Below are positions 27,721-35,974 of a stretch of DNA of 36,452 bases, one piece after another. Made by a program: the position numbers and the translations under genes. How positions within the stretch are numbered: the stretch's first letter is position 1; every line of letters begins with the position of its first letter. The notes beneath the pieces were generated by a model that was given only the letters and a program-made list of their open reading frames with translations, did not search any database and was not told where the DNA came from. Source of the DNA: a virus (taxonomy: Duplodnaviria > Caudoviricetes); the IMG/VR virus record IMGVR_UViG_3300033144_005791, positions 1-36,452 of that record. One strand, written 5' to 3'.

Positions 27721-28544
27721 CAATGACTCCTTTCACGAACATTTTGAAGAGCAAAGCTATATAGAAGACGTTTCTTAGCCGCGTTAACACGCGGTAAATC
27801 GATATTGTAATTCTCGGTATCGGGCAGATCCATAAGACCTTCGACATACGCGCGAAAGATTAACGGATCAGGTAAACCAGCTTCTTCGAATCCTTTGGCT
27901 CTTAGTAAGGTTGCATGATCTTTTCCGGTTGGAGGATATTTACCATCATACGACGTATGTGTGAATGCTAGAGCTTCGTAGCAGCCAGGAAGATTATATG
28001 CAGTCAAAACCGTTTGTGCCTTTGTTAATTGCATCAAAGGTGTTATGATTCGTAACGACGGAAGTGTATTGGGATCATCTGTGAATGTGCCACAGCTACT
28101 GACATTTTCGAATGCGTTGATAAACGTAGTGCGACAGTCTGGATACCCACCAAAGTCTTCTTGGCTCACACCTGTGAATAGGATATTGATACCGCGGACA
28201 TAAGCGCGATTGGCCGCAATAGTAAAGAACAACTGATTCCTCATGGGTACAAATGTCTTCTCAAGGCCACCCGGAAGCGACTCGTGGTTTTCATACTGCG
28301 CGAGTTTAGCATCAGATACTAAAGGAGAGGTACCATGAAGTAATGTTCCAATCGTAATAACTTCATGACTGATGCTTATCATCCGTGCAATGCGTATGGC
28401 TGCATCTATCTCACGCTGATGCCTTTGACAGTAATCAAAAGTGATAGCGTGAACAATATAGCCTCTTTGCAGCGCCATGAACAAGCACGTTGTAGAATCC
28501 TGACCACCAGAGAACACAATCACGGCCTTTTTTGAATACGACAT
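27720..28544 (-). CDS. queC: 7-cyano-7-deazaguanine synthase
   Basis: SGGQDSTT, FDY.QRH, TFVPMRN, YPDCR and TPL...K motifs. The C-terminal Cys cluster is absent. Confidence 0.93.
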   Translation of the reverse strand: MSYSKKAVIVFSGGQDSTTCLFMALQRGYIVHAITFDYCQRHQREIDAAIRIARMISISHEVITIGTLLHGTSPLVSDAKLAQYENHESLPGGLEKTFVPMRNQLFFTIAANRAYVRGINILFTGVSQEDFGGYPDCRTTFINAFENVSSCGTFTDDPNTLPSLRIITPLMQLTKAQTVLTAYNLPGCYEALAFTHTSYDGKYPPTGKDHATLLRAKGFEEAGLPDPLIFRAYVEGLMDLPDTENYNIDLPRVNAAKKRLLYSFALQNVRERSH

Positions 28545-28553
28545 GATGCCTCT

Positions 28554-29255
28554 TTACGGTAGGTCGGTGAGCTTATTCATCTGCACACCCATGATGTAGT
28601 TTTTGTTGATCATTACAGACCCAGCAACAGCGCGAATGTTAGCGGCGTTAATAATTGGATCTTTTGAATCGGCCGGCTGGAGGTATACCGGACCCTCCCA
28701 GTCCACCGGGGGCCGGGCAACGTACTTAAAGCCTGCTATGTGGTGACCTAGCACCCGTTCCGGTAACCCGTCGCTGGCTACACTGTCATTAGAAAGAACG
28801 TACTTGTACGCCGAGACACGTTGCGCCATCTTTGGGTGAATCTTTCCGGTTTTGGGACTGCACACAACGGTGACATCTTGCCAAGGAAAGTCATCGCCGG
28901 GGTAGAAGGTACCGTTTGTTTCAACTTGCACTTTATGAGAAGCTCTCAAAAGTGCTTCAACTAACGGCGTAATGTTCTGTCGGAAAGGTTCACCACCTGT
29001 GATTACGACCAATTGCGTATGGGCGTGTTGCGCTATACAAAAGAGTGTCGTTTCAAGAGTGCTTAACAGAACATCGTTAGTATATTCTGTATCACACAAA
29101 GGGCATTGAAGATTACATCCTCCAAGACGCAGGAAAATTGCTGCATGTCCAGCAAAGGGTCCTTCACCTTGAATTGTTGGAAAGACGCTATGTAATTCTA
29201 TTGCACCGTCTACACGATGAAGAGGCGGGCTAGGTTCTTGCTTATTTATTGTCAT
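28554..29255 (-). CDS. queE: 7-carboxy-7-deazaguanine synthase (radical SAM)
   Basis: TIQGEG, CNLQCPLCDT, ITGGEP, ETNG and SPK motifs. AGGA SD before ATG 29255. Confidence 0.95.
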   Translation of the reverse strand: MTINKQEPSPPLHRVDGAIELHSVFPTIQGEGPFAGHAAIFLRLGGCNLQCPLCDTEYTNDVLLSTLETTLFCIAQHAHTQLVVITGGEPFRQNITPLVEALLRASHKVQVETNGTFYPGDDFPWQDVTVVCSPKTGKIHPKMAQRVSAYKYVLSNDSVASDGLPERVLGHHIAGFKYVARPPVDWEGPVYLQPADSKDPIINAANIRAVAGSVMINKNYIMGVQMNKLTDLP

Positions 29256-29270
29256 TGTGGTTCCTATTAG

Positions 29271-29303
29271 AAGGAAGGGGTGGGGCCGACGTGACCCCAC
29301 CCC
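29271..29303 (-). terminator. GC-rich hairpin, possible terminator or attenuator upstream of queE
   Basis: GGGGTGGGG (29277-29285)/CCCCACCCC (29295-29303), followed by TTCCTT on the - strand (weak U tract). Confidence 0.55.
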
Positions 29304-29324
29304 CGTTGAGGACAGAGTAGCGGT

Positions 29325-29648
29325 CTACTCCTCGACGACCGGAGCGTCCTCGGGCGCGCCCTCTTCCGCGGCCTTCGGCTTGTTGCGTCCGAGACCGTGG
29401 AACTTCCGCCAGCGTCCATACTGCGTGGCGCCAGTGGCCGAATTGCCTCCCTCGCCCTCGAATGCCTTCAGGACATCGGCACGAGCCGCCGGCGACTCCT
29501 GCTCCTTGGACAGCTCGTCTGCGATCTCCCACACGCGACCAGTCGCGGTTCCTGGCTTCGGGCGCCTGACACCGTTTTGCTCCGGCATCTTGACCACCTC
29601 GGGCTTCGCCTCGGCCTCGCCCTCCGGCTGGGTCTTCTTGTCCGTCAT
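29325..29648 (-). CDS. Hypothetical protein, putative DNA-binding (TQY..WRK motif)
   Basis: GAGGAG SD, strongly C/G-ending codons. Shares a C-terminal motif with 29924-30337. Confidence 0.75.
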   Translation of the reverse strand: MTDKKTQPEGEAEAKPEVVKMPEQNGVRRPKPGTATGRVWEIADELSKEQESPAARADVLKAFEGEGGNSATGATQYGRWRKFHGLGRNKPKAAEEGAPEDAPVVEE

Positions 29649-29715
29649 GCTGTACTCCTCTGAAACAGTGTTTGCCTCCTCTGTAGAGAGGGCGGAGGAA
29701 GCACGCGCCCTTTAC

Positions 29716-29919
29716 TTACGTCTGTTTCCTGGCTGCTATTGTCAGCGCGTGAAATGCGCCACCGATCTTGGTTTCTTCATTCAAGATGTTCGTGGCTACG
29801 TAGATACAAGCTGTCATTGCAGCAATGCACCCTGCAATACGTTCGAGTGGATCTTCGAGCTCAACCGCTTCTCCAAAACACTCGAAAGCTTGATCCAACA
29901 TATCTTTGTTCCGGACCAT
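29716..29919 (-). CDS. Hypothetical protein
   Basis: ATG 29919 (MVRNKDML) follows AAGGT and fills the gap between co-oriented genes. Confidence 0.5.
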   Translation of the reverse strand: MVRNKDMLDQAFECFGEAVELEDPLERIAGCIAAMTACIYVATNILNEETKIGGAFHALTIAARKQT

Positions 29920-29923
29920 CAGT

Positions 29924-30337
29924 CTACCTTTGCTTTTTGCGCCAATGATAATACTGCGTCTTGGCGGTATTTGGATTGACGCCTTGTGCCACACAAGCAG
30001 CGACGATATCCTTGCGCTCGGCCCCGACCATCTCATTACAGATACTGTGGACAAGCTGGACAGGGCTCTTTACTGCACTACGTTCACGATGAGCTCGCGG
30101 CCCCTCTTTACCATCAAGGCTTTGAGTATTGTATTCTTCGGCTGTTGCAGGTACCACCAGAGTGGTCGGCGCCCAATGTGTCTCTTCCCAACCTGCTGTC
30201 TTATCGAAGATGTGTACTTGACAGCTACTATTGCTTATATGCAATAGCTTCCCGAAGATACCCGTACCAGCCTGACGCCAAGGCATCCTGAAGAACGGGT
30301 TATCTTCAGTTAGTGTGTTGAGAGCAACGTCATTCAT
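29924..30337 (-). CDS. Hypothetical protein, putative DNA-binding (TQY..WRK motif)
   Basis: ATGA overlap with the upstream gene at 30337. Ends GVNPNTAKTQYYHWRK. Confidence 0.7.
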   Translation of the reverse strand: MNDVALNTLTEDNPFFRMPWRQAGTGIFGKLLHISNSSCQVHIFDKTAGWEETHWAPTTLVVPATAEEYNTQSLDGKEGPRAHRERSAVKSPVQLVHSICNEMVGAERKDIVAACVAQGVNPNTAKTQYYHWRKKQR

Positions 30338-30582
30338 TCGGTGGGAGTTTCCATCAACCAGACGCGCGTGCCGTCGATCTCTTGCTGTGTACGCACTTCC
30401 CATCCGGGCTTGTTGCGCTTCACGAACTGCCGAGCAGCGTTAGCAGCATTACACTGTGAACCTTGCGGCGTTTCGGTCAGGGGCACAACAAAAGAATCAC
30501 CCGATTCCATATCCGCAAACGGGTACTTGCCTCCACTGGTCTTAGGTGGCGGTGCCACCTTCTTCTCGACCTTGAAATCCAC
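30334..30582 (-). CDS. Small conserved phage protein (KYPF..M..GDSF type)
   Basis: AAGGAG SD with GTG start. Recognisable motif ending in GTRVW. Confidence 0.75.
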   Translation of the reverse strand: MDFKVEKKVAPPPKTSGGKYPFADMESGDSFVVPLTETPQGSQCNAANAARQFVKRNKPGWEVRTQQEIDGTRVWLMETPTE

Positions 30583-30620
30583 GTTCAGCTCCTTTGTGTG
30601 GTGTGAATTGTCACCCTACT

Positions 30621-30650
30621 ATAGTACAAAAATCTTCGTCTACTTGTCAA
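30621..30650 (-). promoter_or_regulatory. Sigma70-type promoter
   Basis: TTGACA-N18-TACTAT on the - strand, in an intergenic gap. Confidence 0.7.
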
Positions 30651-30653
30651 GGA

Positions 30654-30845
30654 CTAAAAGGGCAAATCGCGCCACGACAAACAACCATACGCAATCACCT
30701 TTGCAGGTGGTCGTCGATCACATAGATTACACATTTCTTCTGGTTCATAAAAATGATCGCAAGTTAAACATGAAGTAATGATTTTTTGCCTATGAAGTTT
30801 TTCAGTTAACGCGAGCATATAAGGTACATCACATTTTTTTATCAT
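30654..30845 (-). CDS. Small Cys-rich protein
   Basis: SCLTCDHF...C...RPPAKVIAYGC. ATGA overlap with the helicase stop. Confidence 0.7.
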   Translation of the reverse strand: MIKKCDVPYMLALTEKLHRQKIITSCLTCDHFYEPEEMCNLCDRRPPAKVIAYGCLSWRDLPF

Positions 30846-32737
30846 AGGAAGCTATACCCGCATATCTCTGGATACCTTTCTTTTATAGCTACTGTGATCT
30901 CTGTGGGTATCTTCAGGAACTCCGCTGCTGTCATACCTGCCTCAACTGAAGGCGGTGCGCCCCAAGGACTGCGTAGCTCCCACCACTTACGCGCAACGCG
31001 AGCGGCATACCCACCATGATCTAAACAGATGTATTCACTGAAACGTCGAATACCACAATAGTAATCAACCCGCATAGAATCGGGTTTACCCTTTTTACTA
31101 TGAACACGATAAACGACACTTGATACATTGAATGTAACAAGTTCTGGTACGATGCCAGCTATAACATCTTGTATGCTTGCTTGTGATGTTATCAATATTT
31201 TCTTCGGGAACTCCATACCACATTCAGGGTTCTCACAGAACCGACACGACGCGTGCGAGTAGCAACCACAGTGCTCGCAAAGGCGAACGGGTGCTACGCC
31301 TGGGGCGCCCTTCCCGCGAGCGCGTGGAAGCACAGGGTCATTGATAGGCCCGAGGCGCTTCGTGTTGCCCGCAAAGTCTAGAACGAGGCAATTCTTTTTA
31401 CCTTCGGATGGACGCGTACCTCTACCAAGCATTTGAACCCAGAGTCCAGGTGACGCCGTTGGTCGTAGCATGGGGATGCAGTCAATGGGTGGGAAATCAA
31501 ATCCATGCGTGAGGATGTTATTGTTCACAATGGCTTGAATCTCACCATTACGGAACATACGAATTACTTCATCTCTATCTTTTCCTGACATCTTACTGTG
31601 GACAGCAGCTGCCTTAATATCAAAGCGCGTGTTGAGGTAATTGGCAATGTTTTCTGCATGGGTGATACCGCTTGCGAATACGAGCCAGTGTTTGCGATTA
31701 GCTGCAAGACGTGTTGCTTCGCCAAGAGCTCTCATTGTGATTTCTTCGTGATCAACATGTTCTTGTAAATCACTTAGGATAAATTCGCCCCCGGACATCT
31801 TCACACCTGTGACGTCTAATACCTCATCTGTTTGTCTCGGTATTAAAGGAGCTATCCAACCTGCTGCAATCATCCAGTTGAAGGAGTTTCGTTCAGTAAG
31901 GTCAAAGGCTACGTCATCGAACAAGCCATCGTCATCTGTTAGCATCCCATGCTTCATACGAAACGGTGTAGCAGAGAAGCCTATTACTTTTAGCTTTGGA
32001 TTGACCTTACGAAGCACCTTCAAGAACTTACCGTACATAGATTCAGCGCGAGGTGATACTAAATGACATTCATCAATAAGTACAAGATCAATGTGTTTGA
32101 AGAGTTCTGGCTTCGTGTGTACTGATTGGATACCGGCGTACACTATGTCAGCAGTATGTTCACGTCGTTTGAGTCCAGCACTATAGATGCCTGCTGGTGC
32201 CGTCGGCCATATATCTAAGAGGGTGTTGAAATTTTGTTCAATGAGCTCTTTGACGTGTGTTAACATCAAAACGCGAGTACCAGGATATTGCATACATGCG
32301 CGACGAATGAACTCACCAATGAGGATTGATTTACCCGTACCTGTAGGTAGAGCTATAATAGGATTACCATCATGTGCTACGAAATATTTGAACAGGTTCC
32401 CTAATGCAGCTTCTTGATAGTCGCGAAGGACAAGTTCCTGCTTAATCATCATCTTGTCCCGGTATTGTTGAAGCCATTCTAAGCCATCCCGCGTTGTTAG
32501 ATGCCACCACTTACATCGTGGATCTAAATACGGACGCATTGGATGCGTTTTACCAATTTCGAATGCACGTCTTCTTGCTATTGTGCCCGTATTGTAGATT
32601 ACCTTGCCGCATTTAAGACAACGCAAACAAGGTTTGCCTTGAGCAGTTGCCGGGTATATAGCGGATTGCCCTTCGATCTCTCCTGGCGTAGTATAAAAGA
32701 GCCCAGTTTTAGGCTCACGCACAAAGCTATTGTTCAC
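30842..32737 (-). CDS. SF2 DEAD/DEAH helicase (RadD/YejH-like) with an N-terminal extension
   Basis: LRDYQ, PTGTGKS, DECH, SATP and QMLGRGTR motifs, plus a C-terminal Cys cluster. Confidence 0.92.
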   Translation of the reverse strand: MNNSFVREPKTGLFYTTPGEIEGQSAIYPATAQGKPCLRCLKCGKVIYNTGTIARRRAFEIGKTHPMRPYLDPRCKWWHLTTRDGLEWLQQYRDKMMIKQELVLRDYQEAALGNLFKYFVAHDGNPIIALPTGTGKSILIGEFIRRACMQYPGTRVLMLTHVKELIEQNFNTLLDIWPTAPAGIYSAGLKRREHTADIVYAGIQSVHTKPELFKHIDLVLIDECHLVSPRAESMYGKFLKVLRKVNPKLKVIGFSATPFRMKHGMLTDDDGLFDDVAFDLTERNSFNWMIAAGWIAPLIPRQTDEVLDVTGVKMSGGEFILSDLQEHVDHEEITMRALGEATRLAANRKHWLVFASGITHAENIANYLNTRFDIKAAAVHSKMSGKDRDEVIRMFRNGEIQAIVNNNILTHGFDFPPIDCIPMLRPTASPGLWVQMLGRGTRPSEGKKNCLVLDFAGNTKRLGPINDPVLPRARGKGAPGVAPVRLCEHCGCYSHASCRFCENPECGMEFPKKILITSQASIQDVIAGIVPELVTFNVSSVVYRVHSKKGKPDSMRVDYYCGIRRFSEYICLDHGGYAARVARKWWELRSPWGAPPSVEAGMTAAEFLKIPTEITVAIKERYPEICGYSFL

Positions 32738-33549
32738 TCTTCTGGAATCTCTTTATACTGCTGGCACCCAAGGCGTTGCGCAGCAGTATCGAGTATAACA
32801 TCAAAATGTTGGCAGTGCCATTGACCTTCGTAAATAGGTGCTGAGTTAATACAGGTGCGACAATTCACAGCCTTTGGATAAGCCTCATGACATACAGTGC
32901 TGAAATCACACCATTTGCACTTGTACCATCCAGGACTCTCATTGATTCGTGGAGGAGGAAACTTGGCAAAGATGATTTTGTATGCACGATGAATATATTT
33001 CTCTGCAACCCTAGCATTGTATTCTATTGGTGTTATGATTATATCGTCATCGTTTTTATTTACAGCGAAGTATAGCGCAAACGGAAGGTTTTCATAATGC
33101 ATGTAGATTTGTGTCTGTACTGCATGCTCTGGCTTACTCTTTTCAACGCCTTGTTTCTTTAGAGCTTTGAAACTCTTATCATTATGCGTCTTGAATTCAC
33201 CGAGCACCCATATGCCAGGGAAGTCAGGAGCATCGAAAATCTTGCCATCTAAGGAACCGCCAAAGTGTCCGTCGTGATCTCCAATACGAAATTGCTTACC
33301 AGTTTCAGGATCACTATCAAGTGTATGAATACCCGAGCGCCTTAACAAGTTTACGAATGCAACCTCTTCACGGAAACCTCTATCAAATAAACGAAGAACA
33401 CGCGACGGAAAGTGAACGCGAAGCGCCCATCGAAAGATATACCAGAGTTCGCGAGCGCAGTCTCGGCCTATAACTGAAGCACCAAGATGATTCCTGAAAC
33501 CAGAACCTTGCTTTTGATTGGCTTCAATAACCTGAAGTGTCTTACTCAT
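32734..33549 (-). CDS. Cas4-like PD-(D/E)XK exonuclease
   Basis: GAS.IG..C.R.LWY, GSLDG, EFKT, Q.Q.YM and CKWC.F..VC motifs. Confidence 0.85.
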   Translation of the reverse strand: MSKTLQVIEANQKQGSGFRNHLGASVIGRDCARELWYIFRWALRVHFPSRVLRLFDRGFREEVAFVNLLRRSGIHTLDSDPETGKQFRIGDHDGHFGGSLDGKIFDAPDFPGIWVLGEFKTHNDKSFKALKKQGVEKSKPEHAVQTQIYMHYENLPFALYFAVNKNDDDIIITPIEYNARVAEKYIHRAYKIIFAKFPPPRINESPGWYKCKWCDFSTVCHEAYPKAVNCRTCINSAPIYEGQWHCQHFDVILDTAAQRLGCQQYKEIPEE

Positions 33550-34100
33550 TTAATTGCTTCGGCAATGAACTTAGCGAGGGAGTATAGCGCCCATGTATCT
33601 GAGGCTAACTGAGCGTAGTCTTTGAATATGTTGAACTTACCATAGCGCACAATAACTGAATCTCCAGACGCTCGAAAATCGAAGCTACCTCGTGTATGGT
33701 AAGAAAGCCGAAGCAAGTCCCCGGTGTTCGTTGGACCTGTGACACTGAAGTTATCTTTGCCCCACCACGATTGATCCAATGTACCGCTGCGTAAGAACAA
33801 TTGCGGTTCAACTGTGGTTATCACCACAGTGTCCTGCTTTATAGCAGCGATGAGGGGCTGGCAGAACGCTTCGATGGCTGCGGTTCCGCCGCCTAAAGCC
33901 CTAGCGGTCGACGCTGGCGGGAACTGGTAGACAACGCGCTCGATGATTGTGGGTGGGCGGTCAGGTGGTTCCAACTCAATGATACGTGCTACCGGAATAA
34001 TAACTTCTGGGAAGCTAACAAATGGCTCAGGTCCACATTGTTGAAAGAACACGATTCCTGATATAGCACCGACGAAGAGCCATGCAATGCGACTACCCAT
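33546..34100 (-). CDS. N-terminally membrane-anchored hypothetical protein
   Basis: GGGAG SD. Hydrophobic N-terminus IAWLFVGAISGIVFF. Confidence 0.65.
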   Translation of the reverse strand: MGSRIAWLFVGAISGIVFFQQCGPEPFVSFPEVIIPVARIIELEPPDRPPTIIERVVYQFPPASTARALGGGTAAIEAFCQPLIAAIKQDTVVITTVEPQLFLRSGTLDQSWWGKDNFSVTGPTNTGDLLRLSYHTRGSFDFRASGDSVIVRYGKFNIFKDYAQLASDTWALYSLAKFIAEAIK

Positions 34101-34124
34101 GTTAATTGCTCCCTTGAAGTGTTA

Positions 34125-34226
34125 TAGGAGGGCAGTGGGTTCGAACCTCTGCTGGCGGCTTAGCCCAGGGGGTATCTAATACGCCTCCTATCCAGAGCTC
34201 TGGCACAGGACTCAGGATACCTCCTA
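34125..34226 (-). ncRNA. tRNA-like structured element
   Basis: On the - strand a closing stem TAGGAGG/CCTCCTA encloses four hairpins, the last with a GGTTCGAAC T-loop. No CCA end and no canonical D arm. Confidence 0.4.
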
Positions 34227-34233
34227 CTTCCTG

Positions 34234-34971
34234 CTACTTCGTCCAAGGTGGCGTCGTGGTTGCCGCCGGCGGTGCGGCTGCCGTTTCTGCTGGTGCTGCG
34301 TCGACTCCCGGAGGCATGGTGACCCCTGGAGCTGCGGGCATTTCAGGAGCAGCTGGCACCGCGGGTGCTGCTGGCATGCCTGTAGCTGCTGGAGCCGCTG
34401 TCTCAGCCGGTGCCGCTGTCTCAGCCGGTGCCGCTGTCTCAGCCGGTGCTGCTGGTGCTGCAGCGCCTTCTTCGGCCCACGGAGGATCGAAACTCGGGCC
34501 ACCGCCTGCTCCCTCTGTGCCTGGCTGACCTACCGCAGCTGTGCCCATGGCGTTGCGCGACTCCTTCTTGCCAGTCGCGGCGTAGCCCTTGACGTCATTA
34601 GAAGCGTCGTATTGACCGTCAGCCGGCTTCTCGACGATGCGAGCCATGAAAGGAATACCGTGCAGTACCTGAGTGTCCTGCACCTGGAACACGTTGGTCG
34701 AGTGACAGATTGCAGACAACGAACCCTGAGCGATCTCGACTGCCATCGGATTCTTGTTCCAGAGGTTGAGGCGATCCCAAGCCAGGCGATTTGCCATTGC
34801 TCCGTCAAGAATCTTGAGCGTGAGCTCGAGATACGCGCCGTCCTTGGCCTTCGTCTGCTTGGTTTCGCTCTCTGTGATCATCACGTTGTACCAGTCCGTC
34901 GGCACCGGAGGCGGCGGACCAGCATTGGGTTCGTGTTGCGTTGCGTCGAATGTACCTCCAAGATCGGCCAT
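34234..34971 (-). CDS. DUF669-like ssDNA-binding protein with a Pro/Ala-rich tail
   Basis: FDA...P.P..WY.V.I, WDRLNL, L..IC, N.VKGY motifs and terminal PPW. AGGAG SD. Follows the Sak4-like gene. Confidence 0.8.
   Translation of the reverse strand: MADLGGTFDATQHEPNAGPPPPVPTDWYNVMITESETKQTKAKDGAYLELTLKILDGAMANRLAWDRLNLWNKNPMAVEIAQGSLSAICHSTNVFQVQDTQVLHGIPFMARIVEKPADGQYDASNDVKGYAATGKKESRNAMGTAAVGQPGTEGAGGGPSFDPPWAEEGAAAPAAPAETAAPAETAAPAETAAPAATGMPAAPAVPAAPEMPAAPGVTMPPGVDAAPAETAAAPPAATTTPPWTK
34394..34447. repeat. Perfect 18-bp tandem repeat x3 (APAETA)
   Basis: GCCGCTGTCTCAGCCGGT occurs three times in a row. Confidence 0.95.
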
Positions 34972-34983
34972 GCTACTACTCCT

Positions 34984-35676
34984 TTAAGAGGATGGAACTG
35001 CTGCGAGAATCTTATCTATAATCTTACCGAGATGTGGTTCTTCGATTTCATCCAAAGCACCACTGCGATCCTTCGCCTCGTATTGAAGTCCAGACGCTGT
35101 TCTCAGGAAACGATACTCTTTGCCATCTGCGGTGCGTCCAATCTCCATGCTAAAGAGTTCATCGAAGAAGTAAGGCATGGCGTTGGTGAGCTTCTTCCCA
35201 GGCATCTCTGGGCCATAACGAGTAATGCCCGAGACCTCGTCAATCATCTGCCCTTGCTTGGCGCTGAAGTACACGTGCTTCCCGGGCATGTCACGGAAGC
35301 CACGAATGAGGGAACCCATTTTATCTTGCATCTCCCCATACGCGCGACGTCCGTCCTTAGTATTAGCCTTCTCACCTGTGAGGCATATTTCAGCGATCTC
35401 GGAAATGGAATCCAATGCCACACTCCAGAAAGCCTTGCCATGCTCACTCTCGGTGAGGAACCGATACACTTCAACCATGTCGTCGAAGCCTTCGATCACA
35501 AGTGTGGGAATTTCTACGCTTGCCAGAGAGAGGATACCGGATTCAGCACTTACGATCACTGGATTAGGGAGGGTCTTAATCAACGTAGTCTTGCCGACGC
35601 CACCACGTCCATGAGCACACATCTTTACGCCATGAAGTCGTGCGGCTTCACGAGTGGTCGTGTAACGAACTGCCAT
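34984..35676 (-). CDS. Sak4-like AAA ATPase (single-strand annealing recombinase)
   Basis: Walker A GRGGVGKTT, SAESG, VALDSISE and AKDRSG motifs. Adjacent to the SSB-like gene. Confidence 0.85.
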   Translation of the reverse strand: MAVRYTTTREAARLHGVKMCAHGRGGVGKTTLIKTLPNPVIVSAESGILSLASVEIPTLVIEGFDDMVEVYRFLTESEHGKAFWSVALDSISEIAEICLTGEKANTKDGRRAYGEMQDKMGSLIRGFRDMPGKHVYFSAKQGQMIDEVSGITRYGPEMPGKKLTNAMPYFFDELFSMEIGRTADGKEYRFLRTASGLQYEAKDRSGALDEIEEPHLGKIIDKILAAVPSS

Positions 35677-35966
35677 CAGGTTGCCTCCTCTATTTCTTCG
35701 ATACGAGTACGAGTACGCGCAGCTTGATATATTTCACCGCGCTCTTCGTATTTCTCAAGCATACGACGAAGGTTGCCGATACGCTCGTCCTCGAGGTCAG
35801 GAGTCATTAGCCAAGCTTCCATACGCTCAGGTCCGTTTCCTTCATTGCAGTTTTCACACTCAATCGACTCAATACCGTCTCCAGTATCTCGAGCGATAAT
35901 GAGATTACAAAACAGACAATTCCAGATCGGGTGAAACGCGGCATCTTGTTTCGGTACATGTGTCAT
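35676..35966 (-). CDS. Small zinc-ribbon hypothetical protein
   Basis: CLFC...CENC. TGATG coupling to the Sak4-like gene. Confidence 0.65.
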   Translation of the reverse strand: MTHVPKQDAAFHPIWNCLFCNLIIARDTGDGIESIECENCNEGNGPERMEAWLMTPDLEDERIGNLRRMLEKYEERGEIYQAARTRTRIEEIEEAT

Positions 35967-35974
35967 GGCGCTAT

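Noticed and set aside
25689-29255. Que cluster as tRNA queuosine synthesis (auxiliary metabolism)
   Set aside because: The TGT-like gene is DpdA-type and coupled to replication genes, and queF, queA and queG are absent from the window.
29257-29979. 240-aa + strand ORF
   Set aside because: Antisense to genes with clear SDs and shared motifs.
32734-33549. Cas4-like gene as evidence of a CRISPR system
   Set aside because: No repeat-spacer array or other cas genes seen. Solo Cas4-like nucleases are common in phage replication modules.
34125-34226. Canonical tRNA call
   Set aside because: Oversized D region, stem mismatches and no CCA. Kept only as a tRNA-like element.
34612-35727. 371-aa + strand ORF
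   Set aside because: Antisense shadow of the well-supported Sak4-like and SSB-like genes. No motif or SD.
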